The notes under the pieces: model-generated
What the model saw: only the letters and a program-made list of their open reading frames with translations
Database searches by the model: none
Told to the model about the DNA's origin: nothing
Position numbers and translations under genes: made by a program
Shown here: positions 8,904 through 18,430 of the stretch, piece by piece
Numbering within the stretch: position 1 is the first letter of the stretch
How the letters are laid out: every line of letters begins with the position of its first letter
NCBI GenBank assembly: GCA_043718025.1
Contig: JAYSWN010000042.1
Span: forward strand, 1-40,207
Reading direction: 5' to 3'
Source: Pseudomonadota bacterium
GTDB taxonomy: Bacteria > Bdellovibrionota > FAC87 > UBA2466
Length of the DNA stretch: 40,207 nt

Positions 8904-10385
8904 ATGAGCCGCCCTCAATTCCCTCTTTTTAATAGAGTTACTTTAAAAACTAAAGTGCCTCCACATATCATTTTTTCCAATCTAACCAACAATTCACGGG
9001 CGGCGACCAATGGCACCCTGTTTTTCTGTATTCGCGGAACGCTGCGTGACGGCAACCAGTTTATTTCTGAGGTAAATGCTCAGGGGGCTGCAGCCGTTGT
9101 GGTCGAAGATGAATTAATTTTCGACGCCACGCCGAATGCGATTTTGGTAACCAACGTTCGTGAGGCTTACGCCCTGGCCTGTGCTGATTGGTTTGGCCAC
9201 CCCTCGCAAAAAGTCAAAGTCGTTGCAGTAACCGGCACCAACGGCAAAACCACTACTTCGTTTTTGATAACTGAGCTGCTGGAGAGCTGGGGATGGAAAA
9301 TGGGTCTGCTCGGAACCGTAGAATACCGGTCGGGGAAAACCACGGTGGGATCAAACTTGACCACCCCCGACGCCTGGCTGCTACAAGAAAACTTGGCATC
9401 AATGGCTCAAAACAAGGTACCGGCGGTGGCGCTCGAGGCCTCTTCGATAGCCTTGCATCAGCATAGACTAACTGGCACCGACGTCCAGGTGGCCGTATTT
9501 ACGAATCTCACCCAAGATCACTTGGACTACCACCACACCTGGGAAAATTATTTCGACGCCAAGTGCCGCCTATTTTTCGAAATGCGTCCGCACTGGAGCG
9601 TGGTGAATCTCGATGATTCTTGGGGGCAAAAACTTGCCGGCAGGGTTTCAGAAAATCAATTGTTCACTTTTTCTGCTAGCGGTAACCAAAAAGCAAGACT
9701 TCGGGCTCACGACTGTCGCATGAGCTCGCGAGGCACCCTCGGAAAGATCACCCACCAGAACGAAACACTAGATTTTGAATTACAGCTGATCGGGCAACAC
9801 AACATCGCAAACGCATTAGCTGCGGTGGGCGCTGCCCTAACCTTGGGGATGCCTTTCAAAAATATTATTACTGCACTCCCTGTGCTCAAAGGGGCGCCAG
9901 GCCGCCTTGAACGCGTGCCCCTTCCGCCCGCGGCGCCGCAGGTTTTTGTAGATTATGCCCATAGTCCAGATGCGCTTGAAAAAGTGACTCAGACCCTAAA
10001 ATCGGTTGTGCCGACAGGGGGGAGACTACTCACAGTCTTTGGGGCCGGGGGTGATCGCGATAGAAGTAAACGCCCACTGATGGCGGCAGCGGTGGCCGCA
10101 GTCAGCGACGTGGTGATTATCACTTCAGACAACCCACGCACCGAGTCGGCCGAGGCAATTATTGAAGACCTCATCGTTGGCATGGGGGATAAACCATTTC
10201 AAAGGCAAAGCGACCGGGCACGGGCCATAGCATTAGCTTTAGAGTTAGCCACCCCTAAAGACCTGGTACTTATCGCCGGAAAAGGGCACGAAACTTACCA
10301 AATTATCGGCACTGAAAAGCGCGACTTTGACGATCGCAAAGTGGTATCCGCCGCTTACTTCGCTCAAAATCGTGTGTTACGATAA
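8904..10385 (+). CDS. murE: UDP-MurNAc-dipeptide:meso-DAP ligase
   Basis: VTGTNGKTT, LTTPD, EASS, NLTQDHLDYH, VDYAHSPD, GAGGDRD, SDNPR (DAP specificity) and AGKGHE. Start ATG 8904 (or TTG 8892). Confidence 0.96.
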   Translation: MSRPQFPLFNRVTLKTKVPPHIIFSNLTNNSRAATNGTLFFCIRGTLRDGNQFISEVNAQGAAAVVVEDELIFDATPNAILVTNVREAYALACADWFGHPSQKVKVVAVTGTNGKTTTSFLITELLESWGWKMGLLGTVEYRSGKTTVGSNLTTPDAWLLQENLASMAQNKVPAVALEASSIALHQHRLTGTDVQVAVFTNLTQDHLDYHHTWENYFDAKCRLFFEMRPHWSVVNLDDSWGQKLAGRVSENQLFTFSASGNQKARLRAHDCRMSSRGTLGKITHQNETLDFELQLIGQHNIANALAAVGAALTLGMPFKNIITALPVLKGAPGRLERVPLPPAAPQVFVDYAHSPDALEKVTQTLKSVVPTGGRLLTVFGAGGDRDRSKRPLMAAAVAAVSDVVIITSDNPRTESAEAIIEDLIVGMGDKPFQRQSDRARAIALALELATPKDLVLIAGKGHETYQIIGTEKRDFDDRKVVSAAYFAQNRVLR

Positions 10386-10532
10386 CGTTCGGTTTTGACA
10401 CGCTGCCACACGATAAGGCACGGGGTATTGGGTCCCTGGAGAAGAAGCAAATCACTGAAATTTCGTTAGGTTATGAGTTTCTTCTTGCTGCTCTGAACCC
10501 TTTTCGCTAAACCATCGCCGGGAGAAAAAAAC

Positions 10533-11609
10533 TTGCTCTATCATCTGCTGTTTCCGTTGGCCGGACACATTCATGTCTTCAACGTAATTCAGTACATCAC
10601 GTTTCGCGCATTGATGGCGGGTTTGACTGCACTAGCTATGAGTTTGGCGCTGGGTCCGGTTTTCATTCGGATTCTAAGAGGCCATCAACTTGGACAATCG
10701 GTGAGAGACGACGGTCCAAAATCTCATTTGAAAAAGCAGGGAACGCCGACCATGGGAGGAATCTTGATTCTTCTCACCGTCACTGCGTCGACTTTGTTAT
10801 GGGCTGATTTACACAATTCCCTTGTTTGGATCGTCTTAGGCGTCATGTTGGGATTTGGCTTCATTGGCTGGCTTGATGACTATAAAAAGATCAAGTTTAA
10901 GAATTCAAAGGGGCTTTCCGAACGCTCCAAGATCATTTTTCAGACCCTGGTCGCCATGACTGCGATCGGATATGTGTTTTTAGTTAAGGGTTTCGACAGC
11001 CACCTATACGTTCCTTTTTTCCGAAATGTTACACCTGATTTAGGAGTGGGTTACCTGGTGTTTGCCTGGTTCGTGATCGTGGGAACTTCAAATTCTGTTA
11101 ACTTAACGGATGGACTCGATGGACTCGCCATTGGCCCCGTTATCAGTACAGCCCTCACCTTCGGAATCTTTGCCTACTTGGCCGGTAACGCGCGTTTTGC
11201 CGACTACCTTTACGTGGCCCGAGTGAACGAAGCTGGCGAACTTGCTATCCTTTGTACCTCGATTGTTTGCGCTGGAATGGGTTTTTTGTGGTTTAACACC
11301 TACCCCGCCCAGGTGTTCATGGGCGATGTAGGGGCCCTCGCTTTGGGGGCTGCGCTCGGTACGGTTGCGTTACTTGTTAAGCAAGAGTTGCTTCTGGTGA
11401 TTGTTGGCGGAATTTTTGTGGTAGAAGCCATCTCCGTAATTACCCAGCGCATTTCGTATAAGACGACGCGCAAGAGGGTTTTTAAGATGGCTCCTATTCA
11501 CCATCACTTCGAGTTGTCGGGATGGGCGGAGCCACAAGTTACGGTTCGATTTTGGATAATTTCTGTCGTGTTGGCCATGCTGGGCTTAGCGACGCTGAAA
11601 TTAAGGTAA
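10533..11609 (+). CDS. mraY: Phospho-MurNAc-pentapeptide transferase
   Basis: KQGTPTMGG, GWLDDY, NSVNLTDGLDGL, FMGDVG and MAPIHHHFE; GGAG RBS before the TTG start. Confidence 0.98.
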   Translation: MLYHLLFPLAGHIHVFNVIQYITFRALMAGLTALAMSLALGPVFIRILRGHQLGQSVRDDGPKSHLKKQGTPTMGGILILLTVTASTLLWADLHNSLVWIVLGVMLGFGFIGWLDDYKKIKFKNSKGLSERSKIIFQTLVAMTAIGYVFLVKGFDSHLYVPFFRNVTPDLGVGYLVFAWFVIVGTSNSVNLTDGLDGLAIGPVISTALTFGIFAYLAGNARFADYLYVARVNEAGELAILCTSIVCAGMGFLWFNTYPAQVFMGDVGALALGAALGTVALLVKQELLLVIVGGIFVVEAISVITQRISYKTTRKRVFKMAPIHHHFELSGWAEPQVTVRFWIISVVLAMLGLATLKLR

Positions 11610-11631
11610 TTGGTAAGGGAGAGAAGAAGAG

Positions 11632-13014
11632 ATGATCAAAGTTAAAAAAGGCATGAAAGCCTTAGTGGTTGGTCTCGGCCGCAGCGGCGCCGCAGCCACT
11701 AAATTGCTGAGTAAAAAAGGCATCAAAGTTACTGTCACCGATGAACTCAACAAGAGCGATTTAAAAGCCTCGTTGGACTCTTTAGAAGGTTACGAATTTG
11801 AAGCCGAGTTAGGAAAGCACGTCCTTAAGTCGTTCTGTGATGCTGACTTTATTGTGGTGAGCCCCGGTGTCCGTTTGGATATCAAGCCTTTGCAAACCGC
11901 AGAAAAATCGAAAGTGCCGATCATCAGTGAAATTGAGTTGGCTTGCCAGTTCATCTCGGAGCCAATCATTGCGGTTACCGGAACTAATGGCAAAACCACC
12001 ACTTCTACATTGATCGCTGAAATCATCCAGGCTGGCGGAAAAACCGCTTTCTTGGGTGGTAATGTGGGCATACCGCTTTCTGAGTACGTACTTCGCCGCG
12101 ATAAATGCGACTACGTGGTGGCAGAGATTTCGAGCTTCCAGCTCGACGCCACTTATTCACTGAAGCCGCATATTGCTCTCTTTCTCAATGTGGCTCCCGA
12201 CCATTTGGATCGGTACCCAAGTTACGATGCTTATGTAAATGCGAAGATGCGCCTCATTCAAAATATGACGGAAGAGGATTACGTCATCACCAACCTGCGA
12301 GATCAAAAGCTGATGCCGATGCTGTCTTCGCAAAAGCCTAAACTTTTGACTTTTACGTCGGATCCGGTGGCAAAGATTCCTCCGCATTTCTTAGAAAAAT
12401 TTCAAGGATCGCATCTGGATCCAGCCACTCAAATGAATTTGAGGGTGAGCCGCTGGAAAGAGCATAATTTTTCGTTGCAAAACATCACGCTTCGCGGAAT
12501 TCACAACAAAGAAAACATGATGGCGGCCACTCTAGCCGCAAAGCTGGCGGGAATTACCAACGAGTCTATTCAAAAGGTGCTCACCACCTTTAAACCACTT
12601 CCCCATCGTATGGAGTTCGTGGCGAAAAAGAATCAGGTCTCGTTTTATAACGATTCGAAGGGAACTAACGTTCACTCGTTAATCCGTTCTCTCGAGAGCT
12701 TTAAGGAACCCGTTATCCTAATCGCCGGTGGAAAAGATAAAGGGGAAGATTACGGTCCATTGGCTTTGCCTATCCGCCGACACGTAAAGAACTTGATTCT
12801 CGTTGGCGAAGCCAAAGAAAAAATCAACCGTTCGATCGGTGACTATAGCGAAACCTTTTTAGTGGGAACTTTTGAAGAGGCCGTTTATTTGGCCTACCAA
12901 AAATCTCGCTCGGGCGACGTGATTTTATTATCTCCCGGCTGTGCGAGCCAAGACATGTTCAAGAATTACGAAGAGCGCGGCGACTACTTCAAAAAAATCG
13001 TAGCCCGTTTCTAA
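11632..13014 (+). CDS. murD: UDP-MurNAc-L-Ala:D-Glu ligase
   Basis: VVGLGRSG, VSPG, VTGTNGKTTT, EISSFQL, DHLDRY, PHRME, NDSKGTN and LSPGCASQDMF. Confidence 0.97.
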   Translation: MIKVKKGMKALVVGLGRSGAAATKLLSKKGIKVTVTDELNKSDLKASLDSLEGYEFEAELGKHVLKSFCDADFIVVSPGVRLDIKPLQTAEKSKVPIISEIELACQFISEPIIAVTGTNGKTTTSTLIAEIIQAGGKTAFLGGNVGIPLSEYVLRRDKCDYVVAEISSFQLDATYSLKPHIALFLNVAPDHLDRYPSYDAYVNAKMRLIQNMTEEDYVITNLRDQKLMPMLSSQKPKLLTFTSDPVAKIPPHFLEKFQGSHLDPATQMNLRVSRWKEHNFSLQNITLRGIHNKENMMAATLAAKLAGITNESIQKVLTTFKPLPHRMEFVAKKNQVSFYNDSKGTNVHSLIRSLESFKEPVILIAGGKDKGEDYGPLALPIRRHVKNLILVGEAKEKINRSIGDYSETFLVGTFEEAVYLAYQKSRSGDVILLSPGCASQDMFKNYEERGDYFKKIVARF

Positions 13015-13027
13015 CCCTTTTTTGTGT

Positions 13028-13058
13028 CTGCAAGCCTAAACAATGTTTAGGCTTGCAG
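13028..13058. repeat. Perfect 15-bp inverted repeat (31-bp palindrome) after murD
   Basis: CTGCAAGCCTAAACA-A-TGTTTAGGCTTGCAG; no U-tract follows it on either strand. Confidence 0.85.
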
Positions 13059-13165
13059 GACAAGACACCCCACCGAATAGACAGTAGAATAATAGATAGG
13101 CCCTCCGGCCACCACAAGACACACCTCTACTCATCGCGTTAATTAATGGGCGGTTAAACTCAAAA

Positions 13166-14167
13166 ATGAAATGTTCTATTTCAATTTTGATTACTTATTA
13201 CAACGAAAAAGAGCTGCTAACACGCTGCATTAACTCGCTTTTGTCTCAGACAATTCCGATATACGAAATCCTGATTCACGACGATGCCTCAAAATTTTGC
13301 GCAGACCAGTATTTTGAACCGGCTCCCCATATTCGCGTCATCCGTAGCAATAGCAATCGCGGGCCGAGCGCCGCTCGTAACTTACTGTTATCTCAAGCAC
13401 GCGGAAACTATATTCATTTTCATGACGCGGATGATTTCTTCGATTCTAACTGGGCAGAAAAAGTAGAATCTAAGATCAAAGAGACAGATACTGACGTGGT
13501 GTTCACCGAAGTTGACTCCTACCGTCACGGGAACCTGCATCGGGAGAAAATTCTAGATCTTAAAAAAATTCAAAATGGCATGAGTCTGGTGGATTTTAGC
13601 CTAAACCACGCTTTGCTTCCCTTGTCTGGAACCTATCGACGTTCACTAATAAAGAGACTTGGCGGATATCGGGAGGAACTTTGGCAATCAGAAGACTTTG
13701 AATTCCATGTTCGCCTCGCACTTTCGGAAGCTCGCTTTGAAATCATTTCCCGATCCCTTGCATTTATTGACATCCGAGACGACTCTCGAAGTCAAAAACA
13801 ACTAGAGGTCTGGCAATGGCGCTTGAGTGCACTTCGTCTGTTATTCCTAGACCTTCCTCCGCAATTCTACCCAACTTTCATTGAAGCCCTCTGCGCAACG
13901 GCCCATAAACTATTCGAATTGAGAGACCATCACTCCTCGAGTCTAGCGTACAACCTGATAATGCAGCTGGGAACCCCCCGCTACTCAGGAAGGTCCCTTT
14001 TGTTCCGACTGCTTGCAAAATTCTTTGGACCTTTCAAAACTGAAATCATTGGAAAATCTTATCGAAACTTTCTACCGGAATCCGTGCGCCGAAGGCTTAG
14101 AGGACCAGACTATGAAATCAAATTCCCTCCTGACTCAGTCATCGACGATCACAGAAAAGCCTCTTAG
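13166..14167 (+). CDS. Glycosyltransferase family 2
   Basis: SILITYYN, EILIHDDAS, NRGPSAARN, FHDADD and SEDFEF motifs. Confidence 0.92.
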   Translation: MKCSISILITYYNEKELLTRCINSLLSQTIPIYEILIHDDASKFCADQYFEPAPHIRVIRSNSNRGPSAARNLLLSQARGNYIHFHDADDFFDSNWAEKVESKIKETDTDVVFTEVDSYRHGNLHREKILDLKKIQNGMSLVDFSLNHALLPLSGTYRRSLIKRLGGYREELWQSEDFEFHVRLALSEARFEIISRSLAFIDIRDDSRSQKQLEVWQWRLSALRLLFLDLPPQFYPTFIEALCATAHKLFELRDHHSSSLAYNLIMQLGTPRYSGRSLLFRLLAKFFGPFKTEIIGKSYRNFLPESVRRRLRGPDYEIKFPPDSVIDDHRKAS

Positions 14168-15284
14168 CGTAATTGTCGATTGGAGGGTGTTTTATGAACA
14201 AAAAGGGGGGAACTTCCGAAATTTGAGCGAGATATTTCCACGCCTTATAAAGTATGCAAACATAACCCTTAGGTCCCTGCATCGGGCAAAACACAACCCG
14301 ATACCCAAGGGAATGCCACTCGTACCAATTGACCTTCCCTTATTATTGCGACGATTTCCCGAGAACGCATTGAAAGAAAAAATCTGGGGATGGAAGCTTC
14401 GCGATTTTAAAAATTCAGTTTTTCACTCGCTCTACTATTCCCTTCCTCCAAATCCAAACCTACCCCTAGTTGTGTCATTTCTTGATGTCATACCTGAGCT
14501 TTTCCCGGAATTAAGTACTGGACCAAATTTTAATAGACTGAGAAAGCGAAAAGAATTTTTGGCAAAGCACGCCTCGCGAATCCTTGCAATCTCGAACACG
14601 ACAAAATGTTCAGTAAGTGACTACTTTCAAATTGATCCAGAAAAGATTGATGTAGCTTCTTGTGGAGTAGACTTTCCCTTCTTTTCGAAATTAATTTCAG
14701 ACCAACGGGTAAAAGAATGGCGAGACAGATGGAAAATGCCACACCCATTTATTCTTATCGTCGGTGGAAGAGAATCGCACAAAAACGTCCGCGCTTTTTT
14801 GGAAGGATACTCTCAAACTAATCTCAAAAGGGATTTTCATTTAGTTCTGGCCGGAGAACCGTTGAGTAAAGTAGAAATTGCCTACGTTAACGCTCTAGGC
14901 ATTGATAACCACATCACCAATTTAGTTTTTCCAACCGATGAGGAACTTCAAGCACTTTACAAAACCGCCGAGGCCTTCGTTTACCCCTCACTTTGCGAGG
15001 GCTTCGGACTGCCTCAAATCGAGGCTATGGCTGCCGGAACTCCAGTAGCTCTCTCCAGAACTGCAATCACGTTAGAGGTCGCCGGCGACTCAGGGTTCTA
15101 CTTCGATCCTCGAAGCCCAAGTGACATGGCTAGAGTCGTTCGCAAAGCGATCGAGTCGGGAAAACAATGTCAGAATGTAAAAATCGGTATCGATCGAGCT
15201 CAGCAGTTCACCTGGGAAAAAGCCGCAGAAGACACAGCAAAATGCTACCAGAAAGCTTGGGCCCAAGGAGGGCGAAAAGAATGA
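14112..15284 (+). CDS. Glycosyltransferase family 4 (mannosyltransferase-like)
   Basis: ILAIS, VGGRESHKN and FVYPSLCEGFGLPQIEAMAAGTPV. Start likely ATG 14112, after GGAC/AGAGG; the ORF is open from 14013. Confidence 0.92.
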   Translation: MKSNSLLTQSSTITEKPLSVIVDWRVFYEQKGGNFRNLSEIFPRLIKYANITLRSLHRAKHNPIPKGMPLVPIDLPLLLRRFPENALKEKIWGWKLRDFKNSVFHSLYYSLPPNPNLPLVVSFLDVIPELFPELSTGPNFNRLRKRKEFLAKHASRILAISNTTKCSVSDYFQIDPEKIDVASCGVDFPFFSKLISDQRVKEWRDRWKMPHPFILIVGGRESHKNVRAFLEGYSQTNLKRDFHLVLAGEPLSKVEIAYVNALGIDNHITNLVFPTDEELQALYKTAEAFVYPSLCEGFGLPQIEAMAAGTPVALSRTAITLEVAGDSGFYFDPRSPSDMARVVRKAIESGKQCQNVKIGIDRAQQFTWEKAAEDTAKCYQKAWAQGGRKE

Positions 15285-16939
15285 TGCGGACAGAAAAAAT
15301 TGAGAATCTGTTGAATCAATGGAAGAAGCAGTTTTCCTTACCATCGCGCGAAGAGGCACTGAATCGCATTTCTCCGATGACCAGATCAGGCAAGAAAGGA
15401 CTCTTGTTTTTCCCTTCCCACGAAGACCATACGGACTTCGGAAGCGAACGTTTTTTTAGCATCCATAAAGAACTTAATAAAATTCTCCCGACGATGGCCG
15501 TGATCGAAGATCCTGCCCAACTGGATGCTGCACATTCAGCGGGAAATAGAATTCTAATTTCGCCGGATTTTCCGGAAATAATCCTGACGGCAATTCGTTC
15601 AGCTGCCTGGATTATCGCTTTTGATGATGCGTTAAGGGAAATTGCCACCCACTACGGAATCCCCTATTTCACTGAAGATTTGTTACCCAAGGGTGAGAAT
15701 GAAGCTGATACTGCTTCGGCCTGGGCAAGGACGGTCAGTGAAAAGACCAATCACGAATACAACGCCAAAACGCTACCGGGGAAATTCGAATATGGAATTT
15801 GCACAGTCGTTGACCAAAAGTACGTGGGTTTCTTTTTTGGGCTCATGGAGAACCTTATTCGAGTAACCAAAGGTCCATGGAAAACTTATGTGTTGGCGCT
15901 GGATCTTGAAACAAAGTTACTCATAGAGAAACAGTATCCCAACATGGCCATATCCATTACTTTGGCCAATGAAATATTTACGGGGGATGAGTGGGCGGAC
16001 TTTGAGAGGCGCCCAGTTGCTGAAAGGGCCTATGCCTGTAAGCCCCAGACTATGCTCGCCGCACTAAAGGAGGCTCCTGATTTCCCTGTCTATCTTTGCG
16101 ACGTTGATATCTATTTTTATGATTCGCCTTGCTCACTAAACCATCATCTGCAAGCAAATCAAATTCTCCTCATGCCCCAATGGTCGGATGTATTCGCGTG
16201 GTCTCGTTTCTATGGAATGTATAATTCGGGACTAATGGGAGCCACATCGGAGGCGACCAATTTCTTTAGATGGTGGTCAGAGATGTGTTTCTCGTTCTCC
16301 TCGGTAAACCCGACGCGAGGATATTTCACGGACCAGGGCATGTTAGAAATGGGTACCTGGCTATTCGGCACCATGGGCGTCTATCGTGAATTAGATCACA
16401 ACGTAGCGCCCTGGAATCGAAAGACACTCGGTGTAAATCGACCAAATGAATTCAGCGGCACCCTAGTCCTAAAAGATGGTCGCCGAGTTAAAAGCTACCA
16501 TGCCGCCGGTTCCGACTCAGACGGCTTCTTTCAACTTAAATTTTGTTGGGATCAACTAGCTAGTTTCTTTTCAATTCTCCCGAGCGCAGATGATTTAGAG
16601 CCGCTTTTTCAGAACACCTTAGATCAACAACTGGTCAACTGGCCCAACCTTCGCTCAAGAATTGCGGCTCGCAAGGATTGGGCCCGCCGACTCCACCTAA
16701 AGAAGCAAGTGTTTGGATTCGCGGAAGTTCGCAAACTTCTTCGATCGAACAGGAGCGCTACCGACTCCATCTTGGGACTTTTAAATTGGCTTTTGGCGAC
16801 TTACCGAAAGATCCTTGGAAAAGAGGAGTACTTCGACCCGGCTTCGACGCAAGAGCAAACGTCGCTGGTTGCCATCCAGCAAAAATATACCTTTGGCCCA
16901 ATGAAACCCTCTTTTCTTAAGGAAGCGGTTTCTAGTTGA
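15281..16939 (+). CDS. Two-domain putative glycosyltransferase (GT-B-like N-terminal fragment + GT-A DxD domain)
   Basis: Start ATG 15281 overlaps the GT4 stop and follows AGGAGG. GT-A features: CTVVDQKY, KP, YLCDVDIYFY (DxD), YNSG, WW..C, TDQG and NVAPWN. Paralogue of 23339-25294. Confidence 0.75.
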   Translation: MMRTEKIENLLNQWKKQFSLPSREEALNRISPMTRSGKKGLLFFPSHEDHTDFGSERFFSIHKELNKILPTMAVIEDPAQLDAAHSAGNRILISPDFPEIILTAIRSAAWIIAFDDALREIATHYGIPYFTEDLLPKGENEADTASAWARTVSEKTNHEYNAKTLPGKFEYGICTVVDQKYVGFFFGLMENLIRVTKGPWKTYVLALDLETKLLIEKQYPNMAISITLANEIFTGDEWADFERRPVAERAYACKPQTMLAALKEAPDFPVYLCDVDIYFYDSPCSLNHHLQANQILLMPQWSDVFAWSRFYGMYNSGLMGATSEATNFFRWWSEMCFSFSSVNPTRGYFTDQGMLEMGTWLFGTMGVYRELDHNVAPWNRKTLGVNRPNEFSGTLVLKDGRRVKSYHAAGSDSDGFFQLKFCWDQLASFFSILPSADDLEPLFQNTLDQQLVNWPNLRSRIAARKDWARRLHLKKQVFGFAEVRKLLRSNRSATDSILGLLNWLLATYRKILGKEEYFDPASTQEQTSLVAIQQKYTFGPMKPSFLKEAVSS

Positions 16940-16977
16940 GGGATTACCTAACCCTAGATAGGATGCGCTGCTTCTCC

Positions 16978-17051
16978 TGGCGGATCGTCTAATGGTAGGA
17001 CTGCAGACTCTGACTCTGCTAATCTAGGTTCGAATCCTAGTCCGCCAACCA
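16978..17051 (+). tRNA. tRNA-Gln (anticodon CTG), CCA encoded
   Basis: Acceptor stem TGGCGGA/TCCGCCA; D-loop TAATGGTA; anticodon arm GCAGA-CT-CTG-AC-TCTGC; T arm CTAGG-TTCGAAT-CCTAG; 3' ACCA. Confidence 0.97.
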
Positions 17052-17138
17052 ATTCATTTGGTAACGCTTCTTTTCGTCACCAACCTAAATCGATTTACTT
17101 AATCGGCGACTATTCCTACGTTCCCCACGGGGGATTCG

Positions 17139-18320
17139 ATGCTTAAATTCTTAGCTTATTTTTGCTGCCTTGGGTTGGCGACGTCACCCCTATTTGCCCA
17201 GTGTGTCCCCTTCAACTCATCGGTTTTAATGTTCGACGAGATCGACGTCATAGGCTGTCCGGCTCAGCTCGAGGCTGAAAAAACTCTAGGAAATAGGCGA
17301 ATCAACCTGCTCTTCACAGCCAGATTTCTAATCGACGAAAGCCAAAAGTTAACTAACTACTGTTTCGCCACCGAAGGGAAGGCGTGCGACCCCTTGACCG
17401 ATGAACTACTGGAACGCATGAAGGGCCACTGGGCCAATTGCTTACACGCCGCAACAGAGCGGAACTTAGACATTTCGGTATACGTTCAGATTGACGACGC
17501 TGGAAAATCAAATCTGTGGCGTAACAACTTGAAGTTTGACCCACTCGAAAAACACAATGGCTACTCGTACGACGACATCCTTATCAAGCCGTTGGCCGAA
17601 CTGGCGGCCAAGATAGTCAAACCGACGAACTCGATCGAATTTAGCCTACAGGGAGAAATGGGAGCGACGTTAGCCTTCCAACCGCGCTCATACGTGGATT
17701 TGATTCGGCTAACGAAAGAAAGGCTGGCCCCTCGCAAAAATATTGAGGTAGGGGTGAACGTAAATTTTGGCGCCGTGCTCGGTTTTGGCACGAAGCTGAG
17801 TGAAGCCATGATTCCCGAGGTTCAAGCACTCTTGTACGCCATCGATTTTTTGGGAGTGTCAGCTTACCACGACGTCATGGTTCCGGTGCAAGCAGTCAAC
17901 TTCCGCGACTCTTTCGATCAAGCCGCCGAGGAATTAAAGATACTTGGGGTCGGGTTACCGGCTAACAAGGCGCTTCGCATTTCTGAAATAGGAATGGGGG
18001 GAGGATCATTGTCTGGCGATGGGGTGAAGCCCGCTAAAGACGTTATCGAAGCTGCCGCTTCCCTTTGGTCGGGGGTTCTAGGCCCCTACAACAAACTGTC
18101 CGATCCTTTTCAAAATAAAGCGATCTTTGCTTTTCGTCGGGATTTTTACCGGGAGTTACTCGCGTTTCTCAAAAGCCCACCGACTGACCTAAACATGCGT
18201 TCGGCATATTTATGGAACACTGACTCTTGGGACGTACAAGGATTCTACCCAAAAACAACGGGATACCGTGACCAGGTCATTGTTGACGCCATTCGTAGGC
18301 AAAACGCCAACTGCAACTAG
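17139..18320 (+). CDS. Secreted TIM-barrel glycoside hydrolase-like protein (clan GH-A-like)
   Basis: Signal peptide ending LFA. SLQGEMG, DFLGVSAY and RISEIG resemble the beta4 acid/base, beta6 and beta7 nucleophile motifs of GH113/GH5-like enzymes. Confidence 0.55.
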   Translation: MLKFLAYFCCLGLATSPLFAQCVPFNSSVLMFDEIDVIGCPAQLEAEKTLGNRRINLLFTARFLIDESQKLTNYCFATEGKACDPLTDELLERMKGHWANCLHAATERNLDISVYVQIDDAGKSNLWRNNLKFDPLEKHNGYSYDDILIKPLAELAAKIVKPTNSIEFSLQGEMGATLAFQPRSYVDLIRLTKERLAPRKNIEVGVNVNFGAVLGFGTKLSEAMIPEVQALLYAIDFLGVSAYHDVMVPVQAVNFRDSFDQAAEELKILGVGLPANKALRISEIGMGGGSLSGDGVKPAKDVIEAAASLWSGVLGPYNKLSDPFQNKAIFAFRRDFYRELLAFLKSPPTDLNMRSAYLWNTDSWDVQGFYPKTTGYRDQVIVDAIRRQNANCN

Positions 18321-18430
18321 AAGCCCTTTTCTCAGCACTTTGGAATGAACGCTGGCCCTACGCGTCACAGCATTCCAAAACACCGTCATTATCTTGATCA
18401 GAAATGACGATACCTCTTTGAGGAAAATTC

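Noticed and set aside
13015..13070. Rho-independent terminator after murD
   Set aside because: The hairpin lacks a downstream U-tract on both strands; reported as a palindrome instead.
16978..17051. tRNA-Gln as attachment site of an integrated element
   Set aside because: No integrase and no duplicated tRNA 3' end seen in the window.
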